Shown here: positions 18,500 to 27,603 of the stretch, one piece after another
Numbering within the stretch: the stretch's first letter is position 1
Layout: each line of letters begins with the position of its first letter
NCBI GenBank assembly: GCA_964652775.1
Contig: CAZZAM010000001.1
Location: forward strand, 128,023 to 192,022
DNA length: 64,000 nt
Direction of reading: 5' to 3'
Source: an uncultured candidatus Brocadiaceae bacterium
GTDB lineage: Bacteria > Planctomycetota > UBA11346
Translations under genes and position numbers: made by a program
Notes under the pieces: model-generated
What the model was told of the DNA's origin: nothing
Databases searched by the model: none
What the model saw: the letters and a program-made list of their open reading frames with translations, nothing else

Positions 18500-20107
18500 T
18501 CACGCCGCCGTCGCAGCCGGCCGCGTAGTGGATGATGAGTCGCTCGTGGCAACCACGGCAACGGCGAGCATGATACGCTGGATGCACAGCGCGAGATCGC
18601 AGAGAACCGAATTGGCCTCATGCGGCATGCCCGCCAGTCGACGATGCGGATCCCCGTCGCGCAGATCCTCAACCATACGGACAGCCGCAGCAGTCTCGGC
18701 GTACAGCCGTTCCGTTAAACAACTATCGCGGGTAGCGAATACCGTCTCGGCGAGAATGAGAATACCTTCACCGGCAACAAACAACTCCGTAACCGACCGT
18801 TGTCCATCAGGTCCTAATTCATCCTTTCTCGCAATGGCCTCGGCAACCGTTTCGGCCAGTCGGCTCTCCACGACATCACCTGCAGATTCGAGAGCCGCCA
18901 CGTAACGCAGTTGCCGTAAGCATTCACTGCGGACTTCCTCGCTGGATCCGGCACTGCGACTCGCCAGATAATCACGAATGGCAGCATCAAGTGAGTCGAT
19001 GAGGTCGTCGGCCGCCACCGTCGCCCTGGCCGAGGCGCGATCTCCACTCTTCCAAGCAGCCTGGAGCTGCACCAGCATCGTGCGAACAGCCTCGGCCACG
19101 CGCAGTATTTCGCGGTATGATCCGGCCAGGGCCATGCGCGCATCGCCAGTGTCAGCAAATCGCGTGAGATAGCGCGGCGTGAGGCCACGATCGCCAGCCT
19201 CGCCAGACCATGGGCCGAGTCGTTTGATCAGCCAACCTCCACCCAGCATGCCGAATACAGCCGTCGCCAAATTAAATTGCAGATGCAACAGGGCCGCCGC
19301 CCATGACACATCCTCCGCCCATAAGGGTAGGACACCAGCGATGCTCACGGCAACCACAGCGAGCACCAATTTGATCACTGCATTGGCCATAGTGGGAAGG
19401 CGACTCGCCGGATGCCCCCAACCAATGATGAGGGCATTCATGGCAATTCCGGCGTTAGCTCCGGCCACCGTCGGCAGCACTGCTCCAACCGCCACCGCTG
19501 GCCCAGCTCCGGCGGCGATGCCAACCAGTAGAAGAATCGTGGCGGTACTTGACTGCAGTACCATCGTGAGAGCCCCGGCTGCAATCGCGAGCATCACCGG
19601 ATGGTTTGCTGCTACGCCCATCAACGTCCGCATCTCATCGTTGCGCAATCCGGCCGCGTGCTGGGTGATAATATGGAGGCCAAGAAAGACGAAGGCGAGT
19701 GACAGCAGGAGTTGGCCAACACCACGGATGCTCTCGTGCTGGGTGAATTGAAATAGTATCACGCCGACAATGATCAAGGCCGGCCAAGACCCGCCGATGC
19801 CTCCAGCGCCAGCGAGCACCAAAACCGTAATTCCAACGTTGGCACCCAACAGAATGCCAAGGATTCCGCGCGCGGTACCACCCGATTGACGCGCTAGCCG
19901 AGTTGCCACCGCCGCGGCACCAGAGGAAGACGGCGCAAGGCAGGCGAATCCAAATCCAAACATGAATCCACTGCCAGAATCACGCGCAAGACGGGGCAAC
20001 CAGCGTCCGCCATGCTCCTCAAGCAGTCGATCCACTCCCTTACGGAGAAAACGCAATGCGAATAGAATGATGCAAACACCAGCGACGAGTCCGATGAACG
20101 TGGCCAT
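18500..20107 (-). CDS. Na/Pi cotransporter family protein with a PhoU-like C-terminal domain
   Basis: 535-aa ORF. 'LFALRFLRKGVDRL', 'CLAPSSSGAAAV' and 'LGANVGITV' match the duplicated Na_Pi_cotrans motifs (QSSSA.T / GANIGTT). The C-terminal half is helical and PhoU-like. Confidence 0.75.
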   Translation of the reverse strand: MATFIGLVAGVCIILFALRFLRKGVDRLLEEHGGRWLPRLARDSGSGFMFGFGFACLAPSSSGAAAVATRLARQSGGTARGILGILLGANVGITVLVLAGAGGIGGSWPALIIVGVILFQFTQHESIRGVGQLLLSLAFVFLGLHIITQHAAGLRNDEMRTLMGVAANHPVMLAIAAGALTMVLQSSTATILLLVGIAAGAGPAVAVGAVLPTVAGANAGIAMNALIIGWGHPASRLPTMANAVIKLVLAVVAVSIAGVLPLWAEDVSWAAALLHLQFNLATAVFGMLGGGWLIKRLGPWSGEAGDRGLTPRYLTRFADTGDARMALAGSYREILRVAEAVRTMLVQLQAAWKSGDRASARATVAADDLIDSLDAAIRDYLASRSAGSSEEVRSECLRQLRYVAALESAGDVVESRLAETVAEAIARKDELGPDGQRSVTELFVAGEGILILAETVFATRDSCLTERLYAETAAAVRMVEDLRDGDPHRRLAGMPHEANSVLCDLALCIQRIMLAVAVVATSDSSSTTRPAATAA

Positions 20108-20172
20108 GCTGTCTCCTCTTGAGTTTCTACCAAGCCTTTGCGCCAGTCTGCACGGTTAGGTCTAGGATGCTT

Positions 20173-20184
20173 GCTGAATTCACT
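20173..20184. promoter_or_regulatory. GCTGAATTCACT (candidate operator half of a pair)
   Basis: It lies 66 nt upstream of the ATG at 20107. It pairs with the site at 20256-20267, 83 bp away, in the same divergent promoter region. Confidence 0.45.
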
Positions 20185-20255
20185 GATCTGCACATGTCAG
20201 TATGAGTTGCCTTCGCCAAGGAGCGCGACCATCGCTGTCCAGGACAAGGCGGAGC

Positions 20256-20267
20256 GGTGAATTCAGC
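20256..20267. promoter_or_regulatory. GGTGAATTCAGC (candidate operator half of a pair)
   Basis: It lies 95 nt upstream of the ATG at 20362 (SSF transporter). Its 11-mer GTGAATTCAGC is the exact reverse complement of GCTGAATTCAC within the 20173-20184 site. Confidence 0.45.
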
Positions 20268-20361
20268 AGTTCCGAATTGGTCTTCCACCTGTTAGCTTTC
20301 CACCCCGCTACGGTGATCTTGCCGCGGCGCCACATGGCCAACTCCCGCTGCCGGAGATCTG

Positions 20362-22404
20362 ATGAATCTGCATCCACTCGATATCGCAGTCATCGCCATT
20401 CCCCTGCTGGCGGTGTTCACCATCTCGATGGTGATGCGCCGCTATCTGCGCAGCGTTGCCGACTACCTGGCGGCCAGCCGCTCGTGCGGACGCTACCTGA
20501 TCTGCACCGCGGCAAGCGAAACTGGCGTCGGCGTCATCATCCTGGTCATGACGCTTGAGGTGTTCTCCAAGGTCGGCTTCAGCCTGAATCTCTGGCAGAG
20601 CTTCGTCGGTCTCATGTTCGTGATGCTCGCACTCTTCGCCTTCGTCACTTTCCGCTTCCGCGAAACGCGCGTTCTCACCTTTCACCAATTCTTCGAGGTC
20701 CGCTATTCGAAAGGACTGCGCGTATTTGCCACCACGCTCAACGTGTTCTCAGGTCTGTTCAATTTCGGTATCGTTCCCGGGGTCGGCGCCCGCTTCTTCG
20801 TCTACTATCTGAACCTGCCCGAGAACCTAATGATGTTTGGTGCCTCGATCCCCACCTTCTGGCCGGTAATGATCATTTTCATGGCAATCACCGTGTATTT
20901 CACCCTGTCTGGAGGAAACCTCTCGGTGATGATGACCGACTGTCTCGAGGGCGTCATCTCTGGCGTGTTCTATTTGGTCATCGCGTTCACCTTGTTCTTC
21001 TCGCTCACCTACGACCAAATGGGCGGCGCCCTGATGTCAGGTGAACCCGGCAAGTCCTATATCAACCCCTTTGACATATCGGGGCATCAGGATTTCAACG
21101 GTTTCTACATCATCATCGGCGTGGCGATGAGCCTCTATATCTATCGTGGCAACGCCTGGGACAGCGGCATGGCGGCCTCGGCGCGCAACGCCCACGAGGG
21201 GCGCATGGCCAGCATTCTCAGCATATGGCGCAGCCAGGCGCATGTCGCGATGCTGACCTTGGTTGCAGCGGGCGCATTCACCGTCCTCCATCACGCCGAC
21301 TTCACCAGCCAAGCGGAAGCCGTGAAGAATAGCATGACTAACCTGCCGCCACAACTCGCCACCCAGCAGACCATGTCGGCTGCTCTTGGCGTCTTGCTTC
21401 CTGCCGGAGTTAAAGGCGCGTTCTGCGCTGTGCTGCTGATGGGTCTCTTTGCCGGACAAAGTGCCGCTCTACACAGCTTCGGCACGGCCATCGTCCAGGA
21501 TATCGTCGTACCGAACCGCAAGAAGGCGTTCCAGCCCAAAGCCCAGATCCGCCTGCTACGCTGGTCGACCATTGGCGTCGCGGTGTTCGCACTCCTCTGG
21601 AGCATGTTCTATAAGCCAGCAGATTATCTGGTGATGGTGACGGCGGTAATTGGAGCTATCTACCTAGCCGGTGTCGGCGCGGTGGTGCTCGGCGGTCTCT
21701 ATTGGAAGCGCGCCACGACTGCTGGAGCCTGGGCCTCGCTGGGCGCTGGCGCCGTGTTGGCCATTACCGCGTATATCTTGCAACATTACTGGACCTCGTT
21801 GCAACCATTCCTGCTCAGCCTGACCGAAACCGGCAGCACCATCAACGCCTGGCTCAGCGCACACGCCGCTAAGTTTCCCGTCAACGGCCAGATCATGTCA
21901 CTCGTCATCTATGGCATATGCGGGACACTATTCGTCACCGTCTCGCTATGGACCTGCAAGGTGCCGTACGACATGGACCGCATGTTGCACCGCGGCAAAT
22001 ACCGTATTGATGAGGGCTTGGCGCCGGCTGAACCCAAAAAGCGTTGGAGCTTCCTGCGTCTCATCGGCGTCGATGAGAACTATACGAAAAAGGACAAGAT
22101 CCTCGTCTGCGCTACGTTTGGATGGACCCTGACCTGGAACCTCATCGCCTTTGGACTCGTCATGTGGAACATCTTCGTCAATCGCTGGACTGATCTCGAC
22201 TGGTGGCATTGGAAATACGTGGTTGGTATCATTCTGCCTCTCATCGTTGGCACAGTGACGACCATCTGGTTTACCATTGGTGCAGTGATCGACATGCGCG
22301 ACTTGTTCCGTCGTCTGCGCACAGTGAATCCTAACGATCAGGATGACGGTCGCGTCGTCGGCCACCAGAACCAAGGTGAGATTGACCTGGTGAAAAAGGA
22401 CTAA
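20362..22404 (+). CDS. Sodium:solute symporter (SSF) family transporter
   Basis: 680-aa polytopic ORF with an SSF-like N-terminus (MNLHPLDIAVIAIPLLAVFTISMVMRRYLRSVADYLAASRSCGRYL) and at least 13 hydrophobic segments. Confidence 0.85.
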   Translation: MNLHPLDIAVIAIPLLAVFTISMVMRRYLRSVADYLAASRSCGRYLICTAASETGVGVIILVMTLEVFSKVGFSLNLWQSFVGLMFVMLALFAFVTFRFRETRVLTFHQFFEVRYSKGLRVFATTLNVFSGLFNFGIVPGVGARFFVYYLNLPENLMMFGASIPTFWPVMIIFMAITVYFTLSGGNLSVMMTDCLEGVISGVFYLVIAFTLFFSLTYDQMGGALMSGEPGKSYINPFDISGHQDFNGFYIIIGVAMSLYIYRGNAWDSGMAASARNAHEGRMASILSIWRSQAHVAMLTLVAAGAFTVLHHADFTSQAEAVKNSMTNLPPQLATQQTMSAALGVLLPAGVKGAFCAVLLMGLFAGQSAALHSFGTAIVQDIVVPNRKKAFQPKAQIRLLRWSTIGVAVFALLWSMFYKPADYLVMVTAVIGAIYLAGVGAVVLGGLYWKRATTAGAWASLGAGAVLAITAYILQHYWTSLQPFLLSLTETGSTINAWLSAHAAKFPVNGQIMSLVIYGICGTLFVTVSLWTCKVPYDMDRMLHRGKYRIDEGLAPAEPKKRWSFLRLIGVDENYTKKDKILVCATFGWTLTWNLIAFGLVMWNIFVNRWTDLDWWHWKYVVGIILPLIVGTVTTIWFTIGAVIDMRDLFRRLRTVNPNDQDDGRVVGHQNQGEIDLVKKD

Positions 22405-22406
22405 AT

Positions 22407-23453
22407 GTGCTCTCGGGCACCATCATGCCATGCGCTGTCACTACCATCGTTGCCAACGGACGACGACGACTGCTTGAAGAAGCAGACAACGCCAGCACGG
22501 CTTTCAACTGGGGGGCCACAACATTAGCAAACGCGTTGTTACAGGCACACGACCAACTGCACGACGAAAACTACCTGTCGGTGCTGAAATGCTGGGCTCA
22601 GCGATCAATTACGGTTGGGGGAACCCCGCAGGATCCCGGAGGTAGTCTGTGGAAGATGGGTGCCGGATCGATCTTTGCTGCCTTGGCCCATTGCGAATCA
22701 GGCAGCAACGCAGCGTGGAATCTGCATTTGCGTTGTTGGCTGGATCACCTGGATGAGATTCCTCGCCTGCGCAACGGAACGTGGTCAAGCAAGTGGGATG
22801 CCCAGCAGATCTGGGTTGATTCTCTGATGACCCTGTGCCCGACATTATTGGCGGCAGCCGAATGCCTGAATCGCCCGCACTATTTGCAGCAAGCGGTCGA
22901 TACCTGTCTACTTTCTGCTGCAGTCCTCCAGGATAAACAAACTGGCCTGTGGTGGCATGCCTGGGATCAAGATACGCAGAAAACGCTCGGCACCTGGTGG
23001 TGCCGCGGCAATGCCTGGGCGCTTATGGCGATGGTCCAGGTCGCTGCTGTCGCCCCAGTACACTTGCGTGGCGTGGCGGAACTTCGACACCGGCTACAGC
23101 ATCTCGTTGCTGGGCTGTTATTGTTTCAACGCGGAGATGGTTCCTGGGGAACCGTACTCGACGATGCCGAAGCAACGATGGAAACATCTGGCCAAGCATT
23201 AATCGCAGCTTGGCTGGAACGCTATCGTCAGACCGGCTTGGTTGCTGATACGGATCGGATCGCCAGCGCCGCTGTACGCGGTTGGCAGGCGGTGTTACCA
23301 CATCTCGATGCGCACGGCACCTTGTCCGGAGTGAGCCTGGGCACCGGAGTCGGATCTGCTGCGGTATATCGATCGATCCCAACCACCGCCTGGCCGCTCT
23401 GGGGAAGCGCCGCTGCCGTGCATGGCGCACTCGCATTCGCAGATCCTCAATGA
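22407..23453 (+). CDS. Glycoside hydrolase family 88/105 (unsaturated uronyl hydrolase-like)
   Basis: 348-aa ORF starting 3 nt after the SSF gene. It has the 'WWCRGNAWALMAM' (W.RGNGW) motif and 'VDSLMT', consistent with an (alpha/alpha)6-barrel pattern. Confidence 0.75.
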   Translation: MLSGTIMPCAVTTIVANGRRRLLEEADNASTAFNWGATTLANALLQAHDQLHDENYLSVLKCWAQRSITVGGTPQDPGGSLWKMGAGSIFAALAHCESGSNAAWNLHLRCWLDHLDEIPRLRNGTWSSKWDAQQIWVDSLMTLCPTLLAAAECLNRPHYLQQAVDTCLLSAAVLQDKQTGLWWHAWDQDTQKTLGTWWCRGNAWALMAMVQVAAVAPVHLRGVAELRHRLQHLVAGLLLFQRGDGSWGTVLDDAEATMETSGQALIAAWLERYRQTGLVADTDRIASAAVRGWQAVLPHLDAHGTLSGVSLGTGVGSAAVYRSIPTTAWPLWGSAAAVHGALAFADPQ

Positions 23454-23484
23454 TTGATGCTCCGACTGGCTGTCTGCGTTGGTT

Positions 23485-23496
23485 GGTGAATTCAGC
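23485..23496. promoter_or_regulatory. GGTGAATTCAGC (candidate operator)
   Basis: It lies 32 nt after the GH88 stop and 68 nt upstream of the ATG at 23564. Confidence 0.45.
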
Positions 23497-23563
23497 TAGG
23501 AGTGTCCACGTAACCTTGCGTACATCAGGCCCGATCCGACCATCACATCTCATTGGAGAACCC

Positions 23564-25042
23564 ATGCTGGCCGACCACATCGACAATCTCCGCAATCAAA
23601 CTGCACATAATCAATGGTCTAGGCTGGTTCTCCTGCCCGGCCTCATGCTCTTCGCCCTCGTGCACACCGCCCACGCGGAAGACCGAGTGCTGAGTGTCAT
23701 CATCGATGCCGCGACTGCTCAGCCCGGCGAGCGGGGACCGGCCATCGATCCCTGGTTCTGGAACAAAGAGCAACACGAGAAGGCACTCCAACATTCCCAG
23801 TTGTCCTTCACGGATGTGGATGGCACCCGCTGCATGCGTATTGCCGTTAGCAAAGACCTTCCCTGGACGCGTGATCAATACGACATCACCGCAACCAACG
23901 GCCCAGACTACCTGGATCCGACATGCGACGCCATTCGCCTACGCTGCCGAGTAGTTGACGGCACTTTCCGTCTTACGCTGGGTGGCCCAACCAGTTACTT
24001 CGCCAACAGCGACGTCCTCACTGCCCCAGTCACGCTGACTCCGACCACCGAGTGGCGTGATGTCGTCATACCGCTCGACTGTGATCTCAGCCGCAATTTT
24101 CGCCGAGCAGGATTAGGAGCTAAAAACCCCATCGTTTCCTATACCCGTTGGATTCAAGAAGGGATGCGTGCGTATCTCCACTCCGGGAGTCAGGGCGTAC
24201 TCCTGATTCAGCGCATGGAACTCCTTGCCCAGGGTCGCGGCCAACCCTATCCGGTTCCCCCTGCCGGTGGCTTAACTGCGGTTGGTCCAGTGATCGCGCC
24301 CGTCGCCACAGATTTATTTTCCGCCTTCATTCAGCGGGATCTCGCTCTCACCGAACAACCGAAGATACCCAATCGCACCTGGAAACCAGCGACCGCATCC
24401 ATCGACGCTGCTAGCGGTCGTCCTGCGTGGTCGATCCGGATGCAGGGAACCGAAGAGGTGTCGTTCGCCGGTTGCCGCCTGACGGTCCCAGCCGCTGCCC
24501 AGGCTCTCACGATGGACATCAGCGCCGGTCAAATCCCGCGCGATCCCCTCAGTATAGATATCCTCTTCCTCGTGGCTGACGGAGAAGTTCCGTGGGAAAC
24601 TCTGGCCGCTCCACCGGCGTGGAAAGTCATCCCAGAGACGGCATTTAGTGTGTTCTTTACCGGCAAAACGACCGACTCCGTATCGCTCGCGCTCTACCAT
24701 GTCCGCCGCGCTGTGCCGGCAAAAACTACGGCCACCGTACTCATCCCGTGGGAAGACGCAGTCTGCATCTGGGGCGCAGGCACCTGCGCTGAGAGCTTTC
24801 TGCAACAGCGCAAACTCCAGCCCGAACGCATCCGTGCCCTGCTGGTCACGCCTTCGTACCGCCACTGCAGGACCGAAAGCCAGTTTACCATCGCCGCCAT
24901 CCAGTCGGTTGCACTACCCGCGGACTGGAAGCACCTCCGATCGTTCTTCCAACCAGCGCTCTCAGACCTGACCAGCGTACACGATCCCAAGGATGGTGGC
25001 TACGGTGGTCGATTGAATCAGCGCCAAAAGGTCAACCCATGA
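23564..25042 (+). CDS. Hypothetical secreted protein (two beta-sandwich/CBM-like halves)
   Basis: ORF 23282..25042. I place the start at the ATG at 23564, which gives a signal peptide (WSRLVLLPGLMLFALVHTAHA). The stop overlaps the start of the next gene (ATGA at 25039). Confidence 0.6.
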   Translation: MLADHIDNLRNQTAHNQWSRLVLLPGLMLFALVHTAHAEDRVLSVIIDAATAQPGERGPAIDPWFWNKEQHEKALQHSQLSFTDVDGTRCMRIAVSKDLPWTRDQYDITATNGPDYLDPTCDAIRLRCRVVDGTFRLTLGGPTSYFANSDVLTAPVTLTPTTEWRDVVIPLDCDLSRNFRRAGLGAKNPIVSYTRWIQEGMRAYLHSGSQGVLLIQRMELLAQGRGQPYPVPPAGGLTAVGPVIAPVATDLFSAFIQRDLALTEQPKIPNRTWKPATASIDAASGRPAWSIRMQGTEEVSFAGCRLTVPAAAQALTMDISAGQIPRDPLSIDILFLVADGEVPWETLAAPPAWKVIPETAFSVFFTGKTTDSVSLALYHVRRAVPAKTTATVLIPWEDAVCIWGAGTCAESFLQQRKLQPERIRALLVTPSYRHCRTESQFTIAAIQSVALPADWKHLRSFFQPALSDLTSVHDPKDGGYGGRLNQRQKVNP

Positions 25043-27603
25043 AGAATCCCCTCCTCTTGGTGGCGCTTACCGGCATCGTGTCGGTGTCTGCCGCCGACCT
25101 CAATCTCGGCCCTGCTGACGCGCCGTTCCGACTCGACTTCTCGTTGCCCCGTTATGACGGCGTCACCGAGCGGGTGTTCAGCGATCTCCAGGTTATCCAT
25201 CAGCGCATGGTCATCATTGGCAACGATTACACCCAAGAGGCACGGAAGGCGGCTTACGAGTCCAAGAAAACCGAGCTTGATGCGATCATGGCGGAAAAGA
25301 CCGAGCCATGGTCGCAAAAAAAGAAATACGACGCCGTGTTCGAGTCGGCGTTCCGCGAAGTCTATACCCAATATCAGCAACTCGATCAGGTGAACTTCTT
25401 CACCATCACTAGCAGCGATGATCCAACGTATGCTGCGGGCCTGCTGCCCGAGAAGGTAACCCGCTGGTGCATGCCGCGTGGCAACTACCGCGCCTTCGAG
25501 AAAACCCGCGGTCGCGAAACGACCTCGGGCGTCAACCTTGCCAACTTTTCGTATCTGACCCTGAAGGCACCACTCAAGACGGGTTGCACCTACACCATCA
25601 CGCAGGGTGACAAACGCCGAGTTACCTTCCTCTTCGACGAGAACCACACAATCAGCCGCGCACTCAAGGTGAACCAAAGCGGATACAGTCCACTAGCCAA
25701 ACGCAAATATGCGTACCTCGGCGCTTGGCAGGCAGGGTTCGGTGCCGTGTCGTTCGCCGACTGGGACAAGAAACCATTCGAGGTGATTGATGCCGATACC
25801 CGCAAAGTGGTTCACACCGGAACCATCGAGCTCCTTGCCAAAGATCCCAAAACCTGGATCGGCAGGACTGAGAGCTCCGCCGCCGGCGAAGACCTCTACC
25901 AACTCGATCTCTCGACCATGACCGCTCAAGGAGATTTCTACATCCGCGTCGCCGGTATTGGTCGTAGTTGGCCATTCACTCATAGTCCTGATGGCCCAGG
26001 TAAAGCGTTCTATCTCCATCTCCGTGGGCTATTTCACAACCGCAGCGGTCACGCCTTGGATGCCGCTTACACCGGTTGGCCGCGTCCGCTTGCCCACACA
26101 ACGGCATATGTCGGAGATTTCGCCCCGGAATCACCGGGCGCCAAATTTCCCGTCAATGCATTCATGGCCATCGTCAACTGGGCCAAGACCCACCCCGACG
26201 TCGAATGGGGCCCAGCGGGCAAAGGCGGTATCGGCGGTTGGTACGATGCCGCTGACTATGACAAACGGCGATCGCATTATGAAACCGTCTACGATTTGTT
26301 GATCGCCTACGAACTTGCGCCAAAAAAATTCACTGACGGCCAAGAAAACACCTACGAATCGACCAACGGCATCCCCGACATACTCGATGAGGTGGCGTGG
26401 GGACTGCTGGTGTGGCGCAACTCACAAGACAAAGCCGGTGGCATCAGCGGCCATCTTGAGGCTCGTAGACATCCAAATCCGGCCGGAGAAAAACCTGACG
26501 GCCGTCCGCACAATGATCCGGAACATTACTACTTCAGCGCCCGTGGCCGAGAAAGTTCCCTCACCTACGCCGGTGCCGCCGCCCACCTCGCACGATTACT
26601 GAAACCATTTAAGCCGGACGTCGCGCAAGAATGGCTAGATTCAGCGAAGCGCGCCTGGGTATTTGGCAGCGATCCGGCCAATCAGTATAAACGCGACGAC
26701 TACGCTGGCAGCGGCAAGCCGTACGCCGAGGACGATACGTACATCGCCGTTGCCTGGTGCCTGTCTGGACTCGAACTGTACATGGCAACCAAAGAGCAGC
26801 CGTATCTTGATAAGGCGATCGCACTCTTCCCGCAGATGAAGCCGAAATTGCAATGGCCGATCACCTATGCTCATCATAGCTGGTGGTGGGCGTTCTACGA
26901 TGATCCCGCCCTGCCAACTGCAATTCGTGCTGCCGAGCGCGCCGAATGGTGCAAAAAAGCCGATGCTATGGAACGTTTCACGCAGGATCCGTTCTATCGT
27001 AACCCGATCGATCCTCGTCGGGCGTGGCCCACATCCTGGGGCGTGGCAACCGGCACCAACGATGCCCGAACCCTCGTCATGGCCTGGGGTCTGACCCGCG
27101 AACAAAAGTATTTCGATGCCATCGCACTGACCGCGGACTGGCTGCAAGGCTGTAATCCCTTGGGTACCTCGTGGACCTCGGGCATCGGCTACACCTACCC
27201 ATGGTGTTTCTTCTCTGGCGAAAGCGAAGAAGACGGCATCGTCGATCCGGTTCCGGGATTCACGGTCTACGGCGTCATCGGCGGCATGCCGGTCGGCCCG
27301 CGTGTACGCGGATTCAACCTTGCTGAACGGACCAGAGAGGGTTGGACGATGAAGAAACGACTGCTGCCTGAGCACGTCACGCTTGATAAGGATTTAAAAC
27401 CAGCGTTGCCCTACTGGCGCGTGTGGTTCATGGATTACCACGATGCACCTGACATGCAGGAATACACCGTCAACGAGACAGTCTCGCCAAGCATTCTGAC
27501 GTATGCCGTCCTGTTGTCCGACGGTTGGATGCCCAGCGCACGACTCAAGTCGCTCAAGCCACGTGACGAACGCTTTGTCTTCGGCCAATGGCCAACTCCG
27601 TGA
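25039..27603 (+). CDS. Glycoside hydrolase family 9 protein (second paralogue)
   Basis: It has the signal peptide MKNPLLLVALTGIVSVSA. 'LKVNQSGYSPLAKRKYAYLGAWQ' fits the Ig-like domain. 'GGWYDAADYDKR' fits the DAGD-type motif. 'NPLGTSWTSGIGYTYP' and 'YTVNETV' are also present. Confidence 0.85.
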   Translation: MKNPLLLVALTGIVSVSAADLNLGPADAPFRLDFSLPRYDGVTERVFSDLQVIHQRMVIIGNDYTQEARKAAYESKKTELDAIMAEKTEPWSQKKKYDAVFESAFREVYTQYQQLDQVNFFTITSSDDPTYAAGLLPEKVTRWCMPRGNYRAFEKTRGRETTSGVNLANFSYLTLKAPLKTGCTYTITQGDKRRVTFLFDENHTISRALKVNQSGYSPLAKRKYAYLGAWQAGFGAVSFADWDKKPFEVIDADTRKVVHTGTIELLAKDPKTWIGRTESSAAGEDLYQLDLSTMTAQGDFYIRVAGIGRSWPFTHSPDGPGKAFYLHLRGLFHNRSGHALDAAYTGWPRPLAHTTAYVGDFAPESPGAKFPVNAFMAIVNWAKTHPDVEWGPAGKGGIGGWYDAADYDKRRSHYETVYDLLIAYELAPKKFTDGQENTYESTNGIPDILDEVAWGLLVWRNSQDKAGGISGHLEARRHPNPAGEKPDGRPHNDPEHYYFSARGRESSLTYAGAAAHLARLLKPFKPDVAQEWLDSAKRAWVFGSDPANQYKRDDYAGSGKPYAEDDTYIAVAWCLSGLELYMATKEQPYLDKAIALFPQMKPKLQWPITYAHHSWWWAFYDDPALPTAIRAAERAEWCKKADAMERFTQDPFYRNPIDPRRAWPTSWGVATGTNDARTLVMAWGLTREQKYFDAIALTADWLQGCNPLGTSWTSGIGYTYPWCFFSGESEEDGIVDPVPGFTVYGVIGGMPVGPRVRGFNLAERTREGWTMKKRLLPEHVTLDKDLKPALPYWRVWFMDYHDAPDMQEYTVNETVSPSILTYAVLLSDGWMPSARLKSLKPRDERFVFGQWPTP

